Positions 17,481 through 27,089 are shown, counted from the stretch's first letter. The stretch is 64,000 bases of DNA from a bacterium (GCA_030622545.1 JAUXGA010000008.1:2321-66320); one strand, 5' to 3'. Translations and numbers: made by a program. The notes: a model not told the origin generated them from the letters alone.

Positions 17481-18488
17481 TTACTGTAAATCGTTCATGT
17501 GCAATACTGCCGCTCCATTTAGCTCACCAGTTTTGATTTTCAGCAGTGCGTCGTTTGCTTTCTCAAGCGGAAAGAGTTCCACATCGGGTCGGATCGGAAT
17601 CTGCGCGGCAATATCAAGCAGTTCGCGAACGTCAGCTCGAGTGGAATTGGCGGTGGAGAGAAGTTTGCGTTCGTCGTAGATGAGGGAATAATCAAAGGAA
17701 GGAATCGGGCTCATCGTGATGCCCGCGCAGGAAACCGTGCCGCCTTTTCGCAGCGCTTTCAACGCTGTAAGAACGGTCGGGCCTGCCGGAGCAAATATCA
17801 CGACGCTGTCGAGTTTCGTCGGCAGAGAATCTTCGGCGCTCCCAGCCCAAACAGCTCCCAAACGCCGGGCGTGCTCCTGGTGGCTTTTACTGCGGGAAAT
17901 CACAAAAACTTCAGCGCCCTGAAATTTGGCGACCTGCAGTGTAATATGTGCCGACGCTCCGAAGCCAATCAAGCCGACTTTACCTCCTTGTGGCACGTCA
18001 GCCAATTTCAAAGCCCGATAGCCAATCACTCCCGCGCATAAAAGCGGCGCCGCATCAAGGTCGCTGAAACCTTCCGGCAACCGGTGCGCGAAATCGCTCC
18101 GCACGACAGTATAATCCGCAAAGCCTCCGTCGAAATGCTGGCCGGTAAAGGTGGCGTCCTCGCAAAGATTTTCTTTGTCACTCCGGCAATAAAAACAATC
18201 GCCGCACGTCCCGCCAATCCACGGCACTCCCACGCGCTCGCCGAGCTTCCATTCCGTGACATCTTCGCCTAACTTGTCAACCACACCGACAATCTGATGC
18301 CCCGGCGTAATCGGCAGCTTCGGCGTGGCGATCTCACCCTCGACAAGATGCAAATCCGTTCGGCACACACCGCACGCGTGTATCTGTATCCGAATTTGTC
18401 CTCGCCCCGGTTCAGGAACGGGAATCTCTTCGAGAACAAGCGGCTGCTCTTCGACGGGTTTTATTTTATGTAATCGCTGCGCTCTCAT
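17481..18488 (-). CDS. Zinc-dependent alcohol dehydrogenase
   Basis: The motifs 'IHACGVCRTDLHLVEGE', 'GHQIVGVV', the 'GGTCGDCFYCR' structural-Zn Cys cluster and 'GLIGFGASAH' are present. Confidence 0.85.
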   Translation of the reverse strand: MRAQRLHKIKPVEEQPLVLEEIPVPEPGRGQIRIQIHACGVCRTDLHLVEGEIATPKLPITPGHQIVGVVDKLGEDVTEWKLGERVGVPWIGGTCGDCFYCRSDKENLCEDATFTGQHFDGGFADYTVVRSDFAHRLPEGFSDLDAAPLLCAGVIGYRALKLADVPQGGKVGLIGFGASAHITLQVAKFQGAEVFVISRSKSHQEHARRLGAVWAGSAEDSLPTKLDSVVIFAPAGPTVLTALKALRKGGTVSCAGITMSPIPSFDYSLIYDERKLLSTANSTRADVRELLDIAAQIPIRPDVELFPLEKANDALLKIKTGELNGAAVLHMNDLQ

Positions 18489-18739
18489 GATGACTTAATG
18501 TTATATGAATTCGACCAATCCATATTATCTGCCACTAGGCAATACGCTCCCGCGTATTGTATACATATCGCCACAATCGCGTACAACCGAATTCCCAACA
18601 CGCAGGAGCATGTTGGCTAGTGCAAGAAATTGCACCGTTGTAGAGTCGCAATGGCGCCATTGCCGGTCTGGAGACCGACAACGGCGCGCAGATGATTCGC
18701 TCCAACCTTCTGTTGGATGGCACTAGAATGGAACCTATT

Positions 18740-20569
18740 CTATTTTTTCTGTCCCTTCCACTCGCTTCTTTTGCCAATAGCATCAAGAAACCGAGATCTT
18801 GGTTTTTCCATTAGCTCGGTACCATATGCAATTCTAAGTGGTCTCCTATAAGAGTGAAAGAGAAATAAATTTTCTTTTGCGCGAGTCATTGAAACATAAA
18901 ACAAGCGTGCTTCTTCGATAATATCACTGCGAGGATTTGGAACTATGTCATCCTCTAAACCAACCATTATTACGACCTTCGCTTCGAGGCCTTTCGCTTT
19001 TCTCGCTGTAATAAGTTTCACCGAGCCGTAACTTGCTGAACGTTGCACTTGTAGTAGCTCTACAACTTTAGATATATCTTCCGCGAACTTTGAAGGATCA
19101 CACCAAATGCCGGTTACGACAGACAATAGCTTAGCAAACTCTCCACGATTATCATTCTTAAAATTTCCGTAGGAAAGTATCAGACTTTGGAGACCATTCC
19201 GAATTTTGACTAGGTCTTCACTTGGATTTCCGAGGTTATTGATCACTGAAAATAGATCCTTCTTCGCGTCAACAGATTCCCATAACTTAGCGATGTCAGT
19301 CTCAATAGAAACTCTCCTTTGGATTGTTTCGCGTTTATATGTTGGTTTTTTCTTTTCGCCGGGAACTTTCGCGATACCATGATTTAAGAGTTCTTCAATA
19401 ACTAATCGTGTAGCAAAGCTATTTGAAGAATTTATGACCCAGTCAATAAATAGTTTCACAATTTTTATTCTGTCAGGCAAGAAACTCGCTGTGCAATCGT
19501 ACGCTATTCTGCGTTTTGCTAACTCTCGGATAATTAAGGGAAAGAACTCCTTTTTAGGAACAAGTATTAAAATTGATTTTTTATCACGGATGAAAGATTG
19601 GGCTATTTGGGCAACCTTTCGCGCCTCTGCGATCTCGCTGGGTAACTGCCATACAACGGGTTCTTCATCAATTTCAGCATGAAATTCTAATTGCGGCCTA
19701 GTCCAACCTTCGTAGAATTCTTCTAAGACTTTGAATGAGTCATTCATTATCTTTGGACCACACCTACGACTGTGCGCAAGAGTGGCGATTGCAGCGTCGG
19801 TAAAATGTTCAGCGAAATTTAGGATAAATTCAGGATCACTTCCTCGAAAACCATAAATACTCTGGGCATCATCTCCAACCACAAAGAGTCCATTTCCAGA
19901 TTTTTTACTAAGTAGACTTATAAATCTAAACTGTGCTGCGTTAATATCTTGATATTCGTCAACCAATAAATGCTCTGCTCTGGATTGATATTTTTCGAGT
20001 ATATCTGGATTACCTTCCAATATTCGACAAGCGAAAAGGATTTGGTCATCAAAGTCTATATAGTTGCACTTGGACATTATTTCCCAGTATTTTCCACAAA
20101 TCTTGCATTTTATTTCCTTGGTGTTTTCTACACAATCGCCGCGTTGCTTACATTTAAATGCTTTCCCGCTATCTTGTTCGGTAAAACCTTGTATTAAGGC
20201 CGCGTCACGAAACATTAGACGCTTAACATTATCAATACTTTGGACATTCAGGTCGGTTTTGTTCAATCCGACAGCATGAGGTTTCTCTCGGACTATTTCA
20301 AAGCCAAGAGAATGCATTGTAGAAATGTGTGGCAAGTCGTCATATTTGACTCTGAACTTTCCAGTCGTATCGATAAGTTCATCTCTCATATGTTGACTTG
20401 CTTCCACTCCAAACGTAAGTGCCGTTATTGTGTTCTGGTCTATTTTTTCTTCCAAGAGACGTTTGATTCTATCAGCTAATAAGTAGGTTTTGCCTGAACC
20501 TGGCCCTGCTAAAACAAGGGTAGGAGATGAATAATTGGTAACAATCTCTTCGTAATTATCTAGTGCCAT
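18740..20569 (-). CDS. UvrD/Rep-family (SF1) helicase with a Cys4 insertion
   Basis: The helicase motifs 'LVLAGPGSGKTYLL', 'LLVDEYQDIN', 'VGDDAQSIYGFRG' and 'LFYVSMTRAKENLFLF' are present. A C-x5-C-x10-C-x2-C cluster 'CKQRGDCVENTKEIKCKIC' is inserted. The gene is clearly AT-richer than its neighbours. Confidence 0.85.
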   Translation of the reverse strand: MALDNYEEIVTNYSSPTLVLAGPGSGKTYLLADRIKRLLEEKIDQNTITALTFGVEASQHMRDELIDTTGKFRVKYDDLPHISTMHSLGFEIVREKPHAVGLNKTDLNVQSIDNVKRLMFRDAALIQGFTEQDSGKAFKCKQRGDCVENTKEIKCKICGKYWEIMSKCNYIDFDDQILFACRILEGNPDILEKYQSRAEHLLVDEYQDINAAQFRFISLLSKKSGNGLFVVGDDAQSIYGFRGSDPEFILNFAEHFTDAAIATLAHSRRCGPKIMNDSFKVLEEFYEGWTRPQLEFHAEIDEEPVVWQLPSEIAEARKVAQIAQSFIRDKKSILILVPKKEFFPLIIRELAKRRIAYDCTASFLPDRIKIVKLFIDWVINSSNSFATRLVIEELLNHGIAKVPGEKKKPTYKRETIQRRVSIETDIAKLWESVDAKKDLFSVINNLGNPSEDLVKIRNGLQSLILSYGNFKNDNRGEFAKLLSVVTGIWCDPSKFAEDISKVVELLQVQRSASYGSVKLITARKAKGLEAKVVIMVGLEDDIVPNPRSDIIEEARLFYVSMTRAKENLFLFHSYRRPLRIAYGTELMEKPRSRFLDAIGKRSEWKGQKK

Positions 20570-20631
20570 GTTCTTTATCCTTTTCTAACCAAGCTAGTGC
20601 CGTCGAACATAAGGTTTGCGTGTTGCGCCGC

Positions 20632-22050
20632 TCATTCCGCCAGCTTCTCTCGGATAATTTTCGGAAGGTCGCTGATGTTCACGCGCTCCTGCGCCAGCGT
20701 ATCTCTATCGCGCAGTGTGACGGATTGGTCTTCCAATGTCTGATGGTCCACGGTCACTCCCCACGGCGTACCGATTTCGTCCATGCGCCGATAGCGGCGA
20801 CCAATCGAACCCTGATGATCCGTGAAAACCGCACAAACCGGCCGCAAATCCTGCGCAATCTTGTCGGCGATTTCCGGGAGACCTGATTTCTTCACCAGCG
20901 AGAAGATTCCGACTTTCGTCGGCGCAATTTTCGGATGCAGTCGCAGCACCGTTCGCGGTTCGCCATCCTGCACATCTTCATCGTACGCATCGACAAGAAC
21001 CACGAGCATAGTGCGATTAAGTCCCGCTGACGTTTCGATGATATAGGGAGTAAATTTTTCACGTGTCTGTTCGACGAAATAGCTGAGGTCTTTGCCTGAA
21101 AACTCGGTGTGGCGCTTCAAATCAAAATCGGTTCGATTGTGAATCCCTTCGAGTTCCTGCCAGCCAAAAGGAAATTCGTATTCGATGTCGTAAGCGGCTT
21201 TCGCGTAGTGCGCCAGTTCCTTTTCCGAATGCTCATGAATCCGGAGTTTTTCCTTCTTAATTCCGAGTTTAAGATAAGATGCGAACCGCTCATCGCGCCA
21301 TTTTTCAAGCCACGCTTCGTCATCACCCGGTTTTACGAAGAACTGCATCTCCATCTGTTCGAATTCGCGCGTGCGAAAAATAAAATTTCCAGGGGTGATT
21401 TCATTCCGAAATGCTTTCCCCACCTGCGCGATGCCGAAAGGAATTTTAAGGCGCGCCGTGTTCATGACATTCTGGTAATTGACATAAATCCCCTGCGCGG
21501 TTTCCGGTCGCAGATACGTCACACTCGCTGCTTCTTCGACCGGACCCATGAATGTCTTGAACATCAGATTGAACAGGCGAGGTTCGGTCAGTGATTCCCG
21601 CGTGCCGCAATTCGGGCAGACCGCCTCTCCCCACCGAATGAGTTTCAGCGTTTCCAAATCCCCTTCGGATTCCGGAGGAATGTCGCCGTCAGCGAGTCCG
21701 TCGAGTTTCTTTTTATCACGCCATCCATCGACGAGATCCTGCGCCTTGAACCGGGCTTTGCATTGTTTGCAATCCACCAACGGGTCCACGAAGCCTGACA
21801 CATGCCCCGACGCTTCCCACACCCGCGGGTGCATCAAAATGGCGGCGTCAAGACCTACGATGTTGTCGTGAAGCTGCGTCATTTCCCGCCACCACAAATC
21901 CTGCAGGTTGTTCTTGAGTTCAATTCCATAGGGGCCATAGTCCCAACACGAGCCCAGTCCTCCGTAAATCTCCGATGACTGGAAAACAAAACCGCGCCGC
22001 TTGCACAGCGACACAACTTTGTCAATCACACTGTCTTTCTTTTTCGCCAT
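20632..22050 (-). CDS. glyQS: Glycine--tRNA ligase (homodimeric type)
   Basis: The N-terminus '[28 protein letters not shown]', '[25 protein letters not shown]' and the anticodon-binding C-terminal domain are present. Confidence 0.9.
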   Translation of the reverse strand: MAKKKDSVIDKVVSLCKRRGFVFQSSEIYGGLGSCWDYGPYGIELKNNLQDLWWREMTQLHDNIVGLDAAILMHPRVWEASGHVSGFVDPLVDCKQCKARFKAQDLVDGWRDKKKLDGLADGDIPPESEGDLETLKLIRWGEAVCPNCGTRESLTEPRLFNLMFKTFMGPVEEAASVTYLRPETAQGIYVNYQNVMNTARLKIPFGIAQVGKAFRNEITPGNFIFRTREFEQMEMQFFVKPGDDEAWLEKWRDERFASYLKLGIKKEKLRIHEHSEKELAHYAKAAYDIEYEFPFGWQELEGIHNRTDFDLKRHTEFSGKDLSYFVEQTREKFTPYIIETSAGLNRTMLVVLVDAYDEDVQDGEPRTVLRLHPKIAPTKVGIFSLVKKSGLPEIADKIAQDLRPVCAVFTDHQGSIGRRYRRMDEIGTPWGVTVDHQTLEDQSVTLRDRDTLAQERVNISDLPKIIREKLAE

Positions 22051-22089
22051 AGATTTTTACTTTCTATATTTTCAATTTACTCATTGTTC

Positions 22090-22869
22090 TCAAACCTCTT
22101 TATCGCTCCACCGGAGAGCTTCCAGTGATTTCAGATGTCCCCTCACGGGAAGATGGTAGCTTAAGTATTTGCTCAGGAAATTCTGCAACTCGCCGCGTCT
22201 CTTCGCGGGAAACGTCACATTCCTAATCGCTGCCGTCGGACGCTGCGCGATGTATAGCAGCGTGGCGAAAGCGACGGCGGATAAACTCCCATCCGTATTC
22301 GAAGCGGATGTGCATTTCGGCTCGAAAAAACACCCGTCCTCATAGCGAAATTTCACCGGCCCATCATAGGGAGGCTTCAATTTTTTGCCGCAACCGGCAC
22401 AAGTTTCCAGCGAGAGCGCGAATCCCAATGCCGCGAAAAGTCCAAGCTCGAATTTCCATAAAAACGGTAACGGATTTTTGGGCGCTGCGTCGAGCGATGT
22501 CAGTGACGCTTCGAGGCCGTCATAAATTTCGGGATGCGAATCGTGCTCTTTCAGCGTCATTTGGCACAACTCCGCGAGCGCTGACGCGACCGTCAGATGC
22601 GGCAGATTTTTGCGAAGTCCCTCATGAGCATTTAAAATGCTCACTTCCTTGAGCAACTGCACGTCGCGCGATGCTTTGTCGTAATAAAGAAATTCGCAGC
22701 GGCTGAAAGGCTCAAGCGCCGCGCCGACGCCTCCCTTTTTCGAGCGCGCACCTTTCGAAATCATGCTGATTTTGCCGCGCTCGCGCAGCAGCACACGCAC
22801 GATACGCGACGTCTCGCCATGCCGCAGGCTGTGCAAAACAATTCCTTCATCGCGAATCAGGTGTGCCAT
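22090..22869 (-). CDS. recO: DNA repair protein RecO
   Basis: The N-terminal OB region 'DEGIVLHSLRHGETSRIV' and a Zn-finger 'CAGCGKK...C' are present. The size is typical for RecO. Confidence 0.8.
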   Translation of the reverse strand: MAHLIRDEGIVLHSLRHGETSRIVRVLLRERGKISMISKGARSKKGGVGAALEPFSRCEFLYYDKASRDVQLLKEVSILNAHEGLRKNLPHLTVASALAELCQMTLKEHDSHPEIYDGLEASLTSLDAAPKNPLPFLWKFELGLFAALGFALSLETCAGCGKKLKPPYDGPVKFRYEDGCFFEPKCTSASNTDGSLSAVAFATLLYIAQRPTAAIRNVTFPAKRRGELQNFLSKYLSYHLPVRGHLKSLEALRWSDKEV

Positions 22870-23632
22870 GTGAACGTTGTTCTTTTTTCTGCTGGAGCTG
22901 CCAGATGGTATCGGCGAGGTTCACCCATTCGCCGGTTGAAAGATCTTCCGGGCGGCGTCGAAAATCCAGCGACGCTTCCTGCCAGAACGGATGGACTCCC
23001 GCGAGGCTCGAAAGCGTCGAGCGTAGCATTTTGCGCCGCCGATGAAAACACCAGCGTACAATCCGTTCCAACGTTTGCCAGTTTTGCGGATACACCGACG
23101 GCGTTTTATAGGGAACAAATTTTACGACGTCGCCGTCAACTTTTGGCTTGGGCGAGAAACATGCCGCAGGAACCTCAAGCATGGATTCCACCTGCGCTTC
23201 AAGCTGGCAAAAAATGCTCAAGATTCCGTAAGTCTTGTTGCCCTCGGATGCGACGACGCGCCGCGCGACTTCCTTTTGCATCATCAAAACCGCGCGTTCT
23301 ACCCACGGAGTGTTTTTATCATCGCGCGCAGCCCTCGCGTGCCGGAAGAGTTTGAAGATAATCTCCGATACGAGATGATACGGCAGATTCCCGACGACTT
23401 TCGCCGGGCCCTCCTTGATAATATCCGTCAGGCTCGTTTCAAGGAAATCGGCGTGCTGGAGTTTTACATTATCAAACTTGGAGAGTGACTGTTCGAGTTT
23501 CGGCAGCAGCCGCGCATCAATCTCTACAGCCGTGATCTTCGCAGGCGTCGCGGCAAGGTGTCGCGTCAGTATCCCCCGACCCGGACCGATTTCAACGACG
23601 ACATCGCCCGGCTGAATCTCTAGCGCATCCAC
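22847..23632 (-). CDS. rsmA: 16S rRNA (adenine1518/1519-N6)-dimethyltransferase RsmA/KsgA; the real start is probably further upstream at a non-canonical codon
   Basis: The motifs 'VVEIGPGRGILT' and 'KVVGNLPYHL' are present. The conserved N-terminal 'KKSLGQCFLTDE' is encoded in frame at 23653-23686, upstream of the first GTG (23632), with no ATG/GTG/TTG before it. Confidence 0.8.
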   Translation of the reverse strand: MDALEIQPGDVVVEIGPGRGILTRHLAATPAKITAVEIDARLLPKLEQSLSKFDNVKLQHADFLETSLTDIIKEGPAKVVGNLPYHLVSEIIFKLFRHARAARDDKNTPWVERAVLMMQKEVARRVVASEGNKTYGILSIFCQLEAQVESMLEVPAACFSPKPKVDGDVVKFVPYKTPSVYPQNWQTLERIVRWCFHRRRKMLRSTLSSLAGVHPFWQEASLDFRRRPEDLSTGEWVNLADTIWQLQQKKEQRSHGTPDSR

Positions 23633-23734
23633 AATTCGCCGCGCGATAACTTCATCCGTCAGAAAACATTGACCGAGGCTTTTCTTATGTCGAGGCAGTG
23701 CGATTCTCCTGATACTCTCTTAATATTTCTTTAC

Positions 23735-23810
23735 AATTTACCAAAAACTCCGCCGAAATGCAAGGTCAGTAGTAGGCAGATACAAAAAGCCCCGGCTTGC
23801 AACCGAGGCG
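23735..23810. repeat. Direct repeat, copy 1 (~76 bp), flanking the GIY-YIG cassette
   Basis: 'aatttaccaaaaactccgccgaaatgcaaggtc...cagatacaaaaagccccggcttgcaaccgaggc' is highly similar to 24391-24466. Confidence 0.75.
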
Positions 23811-23933
23811 CTTTGGAGGAAACCATCAATACATCGTGTCTTATTCAGACAATAATTCCATTCTCAGCGTGTGATGACATCCGTTGTAATGCTGGCTACA
23901 GATGGTTGTCATCCTGCGTACTCCGTTTGAAGT

Positions 23934-23958
23934 GTCATTCCCGCGAAAGCGGGAATCC
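23934..23958. repeat. Self-complementary 25-nt element 'gtcattcccgcgaaagcgggaatcc'
   Basis: It contains the hairpin CCCGC-GAAA-GCGGG. An inverted copy lies at 24272-24296. It forms the 3' end of the GIY-YIG ORF. Confidence 0.8.
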
Positions 23959-24249
23959 ATCCTCTACCAAATCATCATATAAATCCCGCCATTCAGGATT
24001 CTCTTTTTCAATCAATTCAATTTTCCACTTCCTATACCATTTCTTCATTCGTTTCTCACGAACCAAAGCGGCGTAGACGTCATTGGTTTGCTCAAAGTAA
24101 ACAAGTTGATGCACTCCATATTTCTTCGTAAATCCTTCCACGACGTCGTTCTTGTGTTCATAGACTCTTCTGATCAAATTGTTGGTCACCCCGATATAGA
24201 GCGTTCCTCGCTTGCGCGAAGCCAAAATATAGACATAGTAGGTTTTCAT
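23935..24249 (-). CDS. GIY-YIG nuclease family protein (small, YhbQ-like)
   Basis: The sequence is 'MKTYYVYILASRKRGTLYIGVTNNLIRRVYEHKN...GFTKKYGVHQLVYFE'. The start is ATG 24249. The ORF-track extension to 24378 runs through the repeat element. Confidence 0.85.
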   Translation of the reverse strand: MKTYYVYILASRKRGTLYIGVTNNLIRRVYEHKNDVVEGFTKKYGVHQLVYFEQTNDVYAALVREKRMKKWYRKWKIELIEKENPEWRDLYDDLVEDGFPLSRE

Positions 24250-24271
24250 TAGTGTAATAAAGGTCTTTAGT

Positions 24272-24296
24272 GGATTCCCGCTTTCGCGGGAATGAC
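24272..24296. repeat. Inverted copy of the 25-nt self-complementary element
   Basis: 'ggattcccgctttcgcgggaatgac' is followed by a related hairpin 'gtccccgcgtaagcggggac' at 24344-24363. Confidence 0.8.
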
Positions 24297-24390
24297 ATTT
24301 AGAATAGTCTATACGGAAATGACAGAGAGGCGATCGGGATGTCGTCCCCGCGTAAGCGGGGACCTCCATCACCCTCAAGCTACCTCGATT

Positions 24391-24466
24391 AATTTACCAA
24401 AAACTCCACCGAAATGCAAGGTCGTTGAGCCGCAGATACAAAAAGCCCCAGCTTATAACCGGGGCT
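24391..24466. repeat. Direct repeat, copy 2 (~76 bp); includes a bidirectional terminator hairpin
   Basis: The sequence is 'aatttaccaaaaactccaccgaaatgcaaggtc...cagatacaaaaagccccagcttataaccggggctttt'. The hairpin GCCCCAG/CCGGGGC is flanked by A and T runs. Confidence 0.75.
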
Positions 24467-24621
24467 TTTCATATTAATAACCGCCGTTGTGGGTCTCTTG
24501 TGCCCGCAATGGCACATGAACTCGCCGAGCCGGGTTCTGAATCAACTTCAATCCACCTTATCGTTGAATTAGATCCTCAACCCTTAATTATCCGATAAAT
24601 TAAACTCTAACCCGGCCGGAA

Positions 24622-26751
24622 TCAGTATTCCTTCAACATTCCCAAAACCTTCTCGCGTGTCAGACCCGCATCCGTCGGAAGTGATTGAAGCAACGGCAAC
24701 GGCGCAGTGGTGGCGGTGACATTATAGAACATGCCATATTCATAATGCGCCACGCCGTAGTGTACGTAAGTGGTATCCGCCGAGTAGCCGTGATAGTAGT
24801 AAGGCCCTTCATAGGTGGGTGAATCGAACACGAGGTAGTGCGTCACATCAATCGGGCAGCCGTAAATGGATACTTTAACAGAATCCCAACTCAGCCGTGC
24901 ATCACCACCTTCGATGCTTATAACCACTTCCACAGTATCTGGCGTTCTGATCTGCTCACCCGAAAGTGGAATGCGTACATAACCATTTACCGCGTTGATT
25001 GCATTAGTCTGTATCAGTAAAGTATCAAGGTGTACGCCTTCGCTTTGTGGGGTATAGATAATGGCAAGAGTGCATGCGCTTATCTCTCCGGGAGCGAGGC
25101 CAAAGTTGTAATCGCAGTCGTTCTCACTATAAAAGTGTTCGCTGACTACCAGCGACTCGGGAGCGAAGATGTCAATCGTTTCGCTCCCAAAATTTTTCCA
25201 TCGGAGGGTTTCACTGATGGTGTCAGAGCGGCACTCGATAATCCCGGCATTCCAATCGGGCACCTCAATTCCAGGTTCCGCAGGACGGACAAGTGCCAAG
25301 TACCCCTGAGAAGAAGTGATAGAGAAATTCCGATCAGAAGTATCCGAAAAGGCTCCATCCAATGTGCTCACGGCTACTCTGCAGCCGTCGGAAAGCGGTC
25401 CCATCACAAATATCGGTTCCTCGCCGTCGTTCTCTGTGCCATCCACAAGAACTTCCCACACACCGCCAGGATAGTCGCGATTAAGTTCAATCTTCAATCC
25501 ACCTTCAAAACCATAACCATACCATCGCACTGTGTCGTACTGTAGAATCCGCCACTGTTCACTTCCGTTAGGTGAGAAAACGTACAAACCACGCTCTGGA
25601 CCAGTTTTCACGACATAGAAATCATAGCCATCAACACCGAAGGATCCGGTCCACCCTGCGATGAAATATTCCATATTAGTCGTCTGGTGAACAGCTCGGG
25701 CGGCATCATCTTGGCTTCCTCCGTAAGTGCGCGTCCATAGTGTATCTCCCGCTAAATTTGTCTTCACGAGATAAACATCCAAACCACCGGCACCAATTGA
25801 ACTAGTCCATCCTGCAGCGATGTATCCCATGTCTATCGTTTGCTCGACAGCCCAAGCCTGATCATCACCACTTCCCCCATACCTGCGCGTCCATAGCGTG
25901 TCACCCATACTGTCTATCTTCATGAGATAGAATTTCCATCCGCTGTCTCCGGCAATAATATACCCGCCGTCCATCGTCTGCTGCACGGCTTGAGCCCTAT
26001 CTCGTATACTTCCGCCGTACATGTGCGTCCATAGCGTGTCACCTATGGTGTTTGTTTTAACGAGATAAATATCATTACCATCGGCACCGAAAGACTCCGT
26101 CTCTCCAGCAATGATGTATCCCCCATCTAACGTTTGCTGAACGGCTCGTGCGGCATCCCACAAGCTCCCTCCGTACGTGCGAGTCCACAGCGTATCACCT
26201 GCACTATCTGTTTTCACAAGGTAGAAATCCCCTTCGCCTGCACCATAGGACTTAGTCAATCCTGTAACAATGTATCCCCCATCTATCGTTTGCCGAACAT
26301 CCCAAGCCTCATCCCACATGATTCCTCCATAGGTGCGCGTCCAGAGCGTATCGCCCATACTGTCTATTTTCACAAGGTAGAAATCTTCATCGCCTGCGCC
26401 ATAGGACATAGTCCATCCTGCGACAATGTACCCTCCGTCCGCAGTTTCCTGGACTGCCAATGCTCCCGAGCTACCCCCTCCAAATGTACGTGTCCAAAGT
26501 GTGTCACCTATGCTATCTGTCTTTACTATCCAGAAATCAAGCTCTCCTGCACCAAAGGAGGAGGTCTTTCCCGCAATTATGTATCCCCCATCTACCGTTT
26601 GCTGGGCATCACGAGCCTTATCATAGCCAGTTCCTCCAAAGGTTCGTGTCCATAAGGTATCTGGATAAGGCTCAGCAAGCGCAGCGAAAGCCATGCTGAG
26701 TAGGCTGATGCCCTGTAAAATGAGAAAAAGATTGAGCTTCTTCATTCTCAT
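24622..26751 (-). CDS. Secreted protein with seven ~48-aa tandem repeats (propeller-like) and a C-terminal beta-rich region
   Basis: A signal peptide 'MRMKKLNLFLILQGISLLSMAFA' is present. The unit 'GDTLWTRTYGG...DxAxAVxQTxDGGYIxAG...G..DFYLVKTD' occurs seven times. Confidence 0.7.
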   Translation of the reverse strand: MRMKKLNLFLILQGISLLSMAFAALAEPYPDTLWTRTFGGTGYDKARDAQQTVDGGYIIAGKTSSFGAGELDFWIVKTDSIGDTLWTRTFGGGSSGALAVQETADGGYIVAGWTMSYGAGDEDFYLVKIDSMGDTLWTRTYGGIMWDEAWDVRQTIDGGYIVTGLTKSYGAGEGDFYLVKTDSAGDTLWTRTYGGSLWDAARAVQQTLDGGYIIAGETESFGADGNDIYLVKTNTIGDTLWTHMYGGSIRDRAQAVQQTMDGGYIIAGDSGWKFYLMKIDSMGDTLWTRRYGGSGDDQAWAVEQTIDMGYIAAGWTSSIGAGGLDVYLVKTNLAGDTLWTRTYGGSQDDAARAVHQTTNMEYFIAGWTGSFGVDGYDFYVVKTGPERGLYVFSPNGSEQWRILQYDTVRWYGYGFEGGLKIELNRDYPGGVWEVLVDGTENDGEEPIFVMGPLSDGCRVAVSTLDGAFSDTSDRNFSITSSQGYLALVRPAEPGIEVPDWNAGIIECRSDTISETLRWKNFGSETIDIFAPESLVVSEHFYSENDCDYNFGLAPGEISACTLAIIYTPQSEGVHLDTLLIQTNAINAVNGYVRIPLSGEQIRTPDTVEVVISIEGGDARLSWDSVKVSIYGCPIDVTHYLVFDSPTYEGPYYYHGYSADTTYVHYGVAHYEYGMFYNVTATTAPLPLLQSLPTDAGLTREKVLGMLKEY

Positions 26752-27013
26752 GGCTCCTCACATTTCCTTATTGTGGGAAAGCAAACGGATATAGTAAGGA
26801 ATCCTCAACAATGCTGACCCATTATAATGAATCTTCTATCTAATTGATAAGTTAGAATAAAATTTCAGAATGTCAAGACTCTTTATGAAAAAGTTCGAAA
26901 TTCTCTACGCAATAGGATCCGTCTTGTCAGGTGACCTACTTCGATGAAAAACAAGGGGCTAAAGCGCCCTTGTTCGACGGGGAAAGGAGCCGATGTCAAA
27001 GTATGACTCATAA

Positions 27014-27041
27014 TAAAAAACCCCAGCTTATTACCGGGGTT
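27014..27041 (-). terminator. Rho-independent terminator of the HhH-barrel operon
   Basis: On the minus strand, 'aaccccggtaataagctggggtt' is followed by 'ttttttatta'. Confidence 0.6.
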
Positions 27042-27089
27042 AAAAGTGTGCAAAACGCGTCTTCAGTGATTTTTATATTGAATGCTGAT

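Noticed and set aside
25600-26670. Regular ~144-bp DNA periodicity that could be mistaken for a repeat array or CRISPR.
   Set aside because: It is entirely explained by in-frame protein repeats of the propeller-like gene. There are no spacer-like unique segments.
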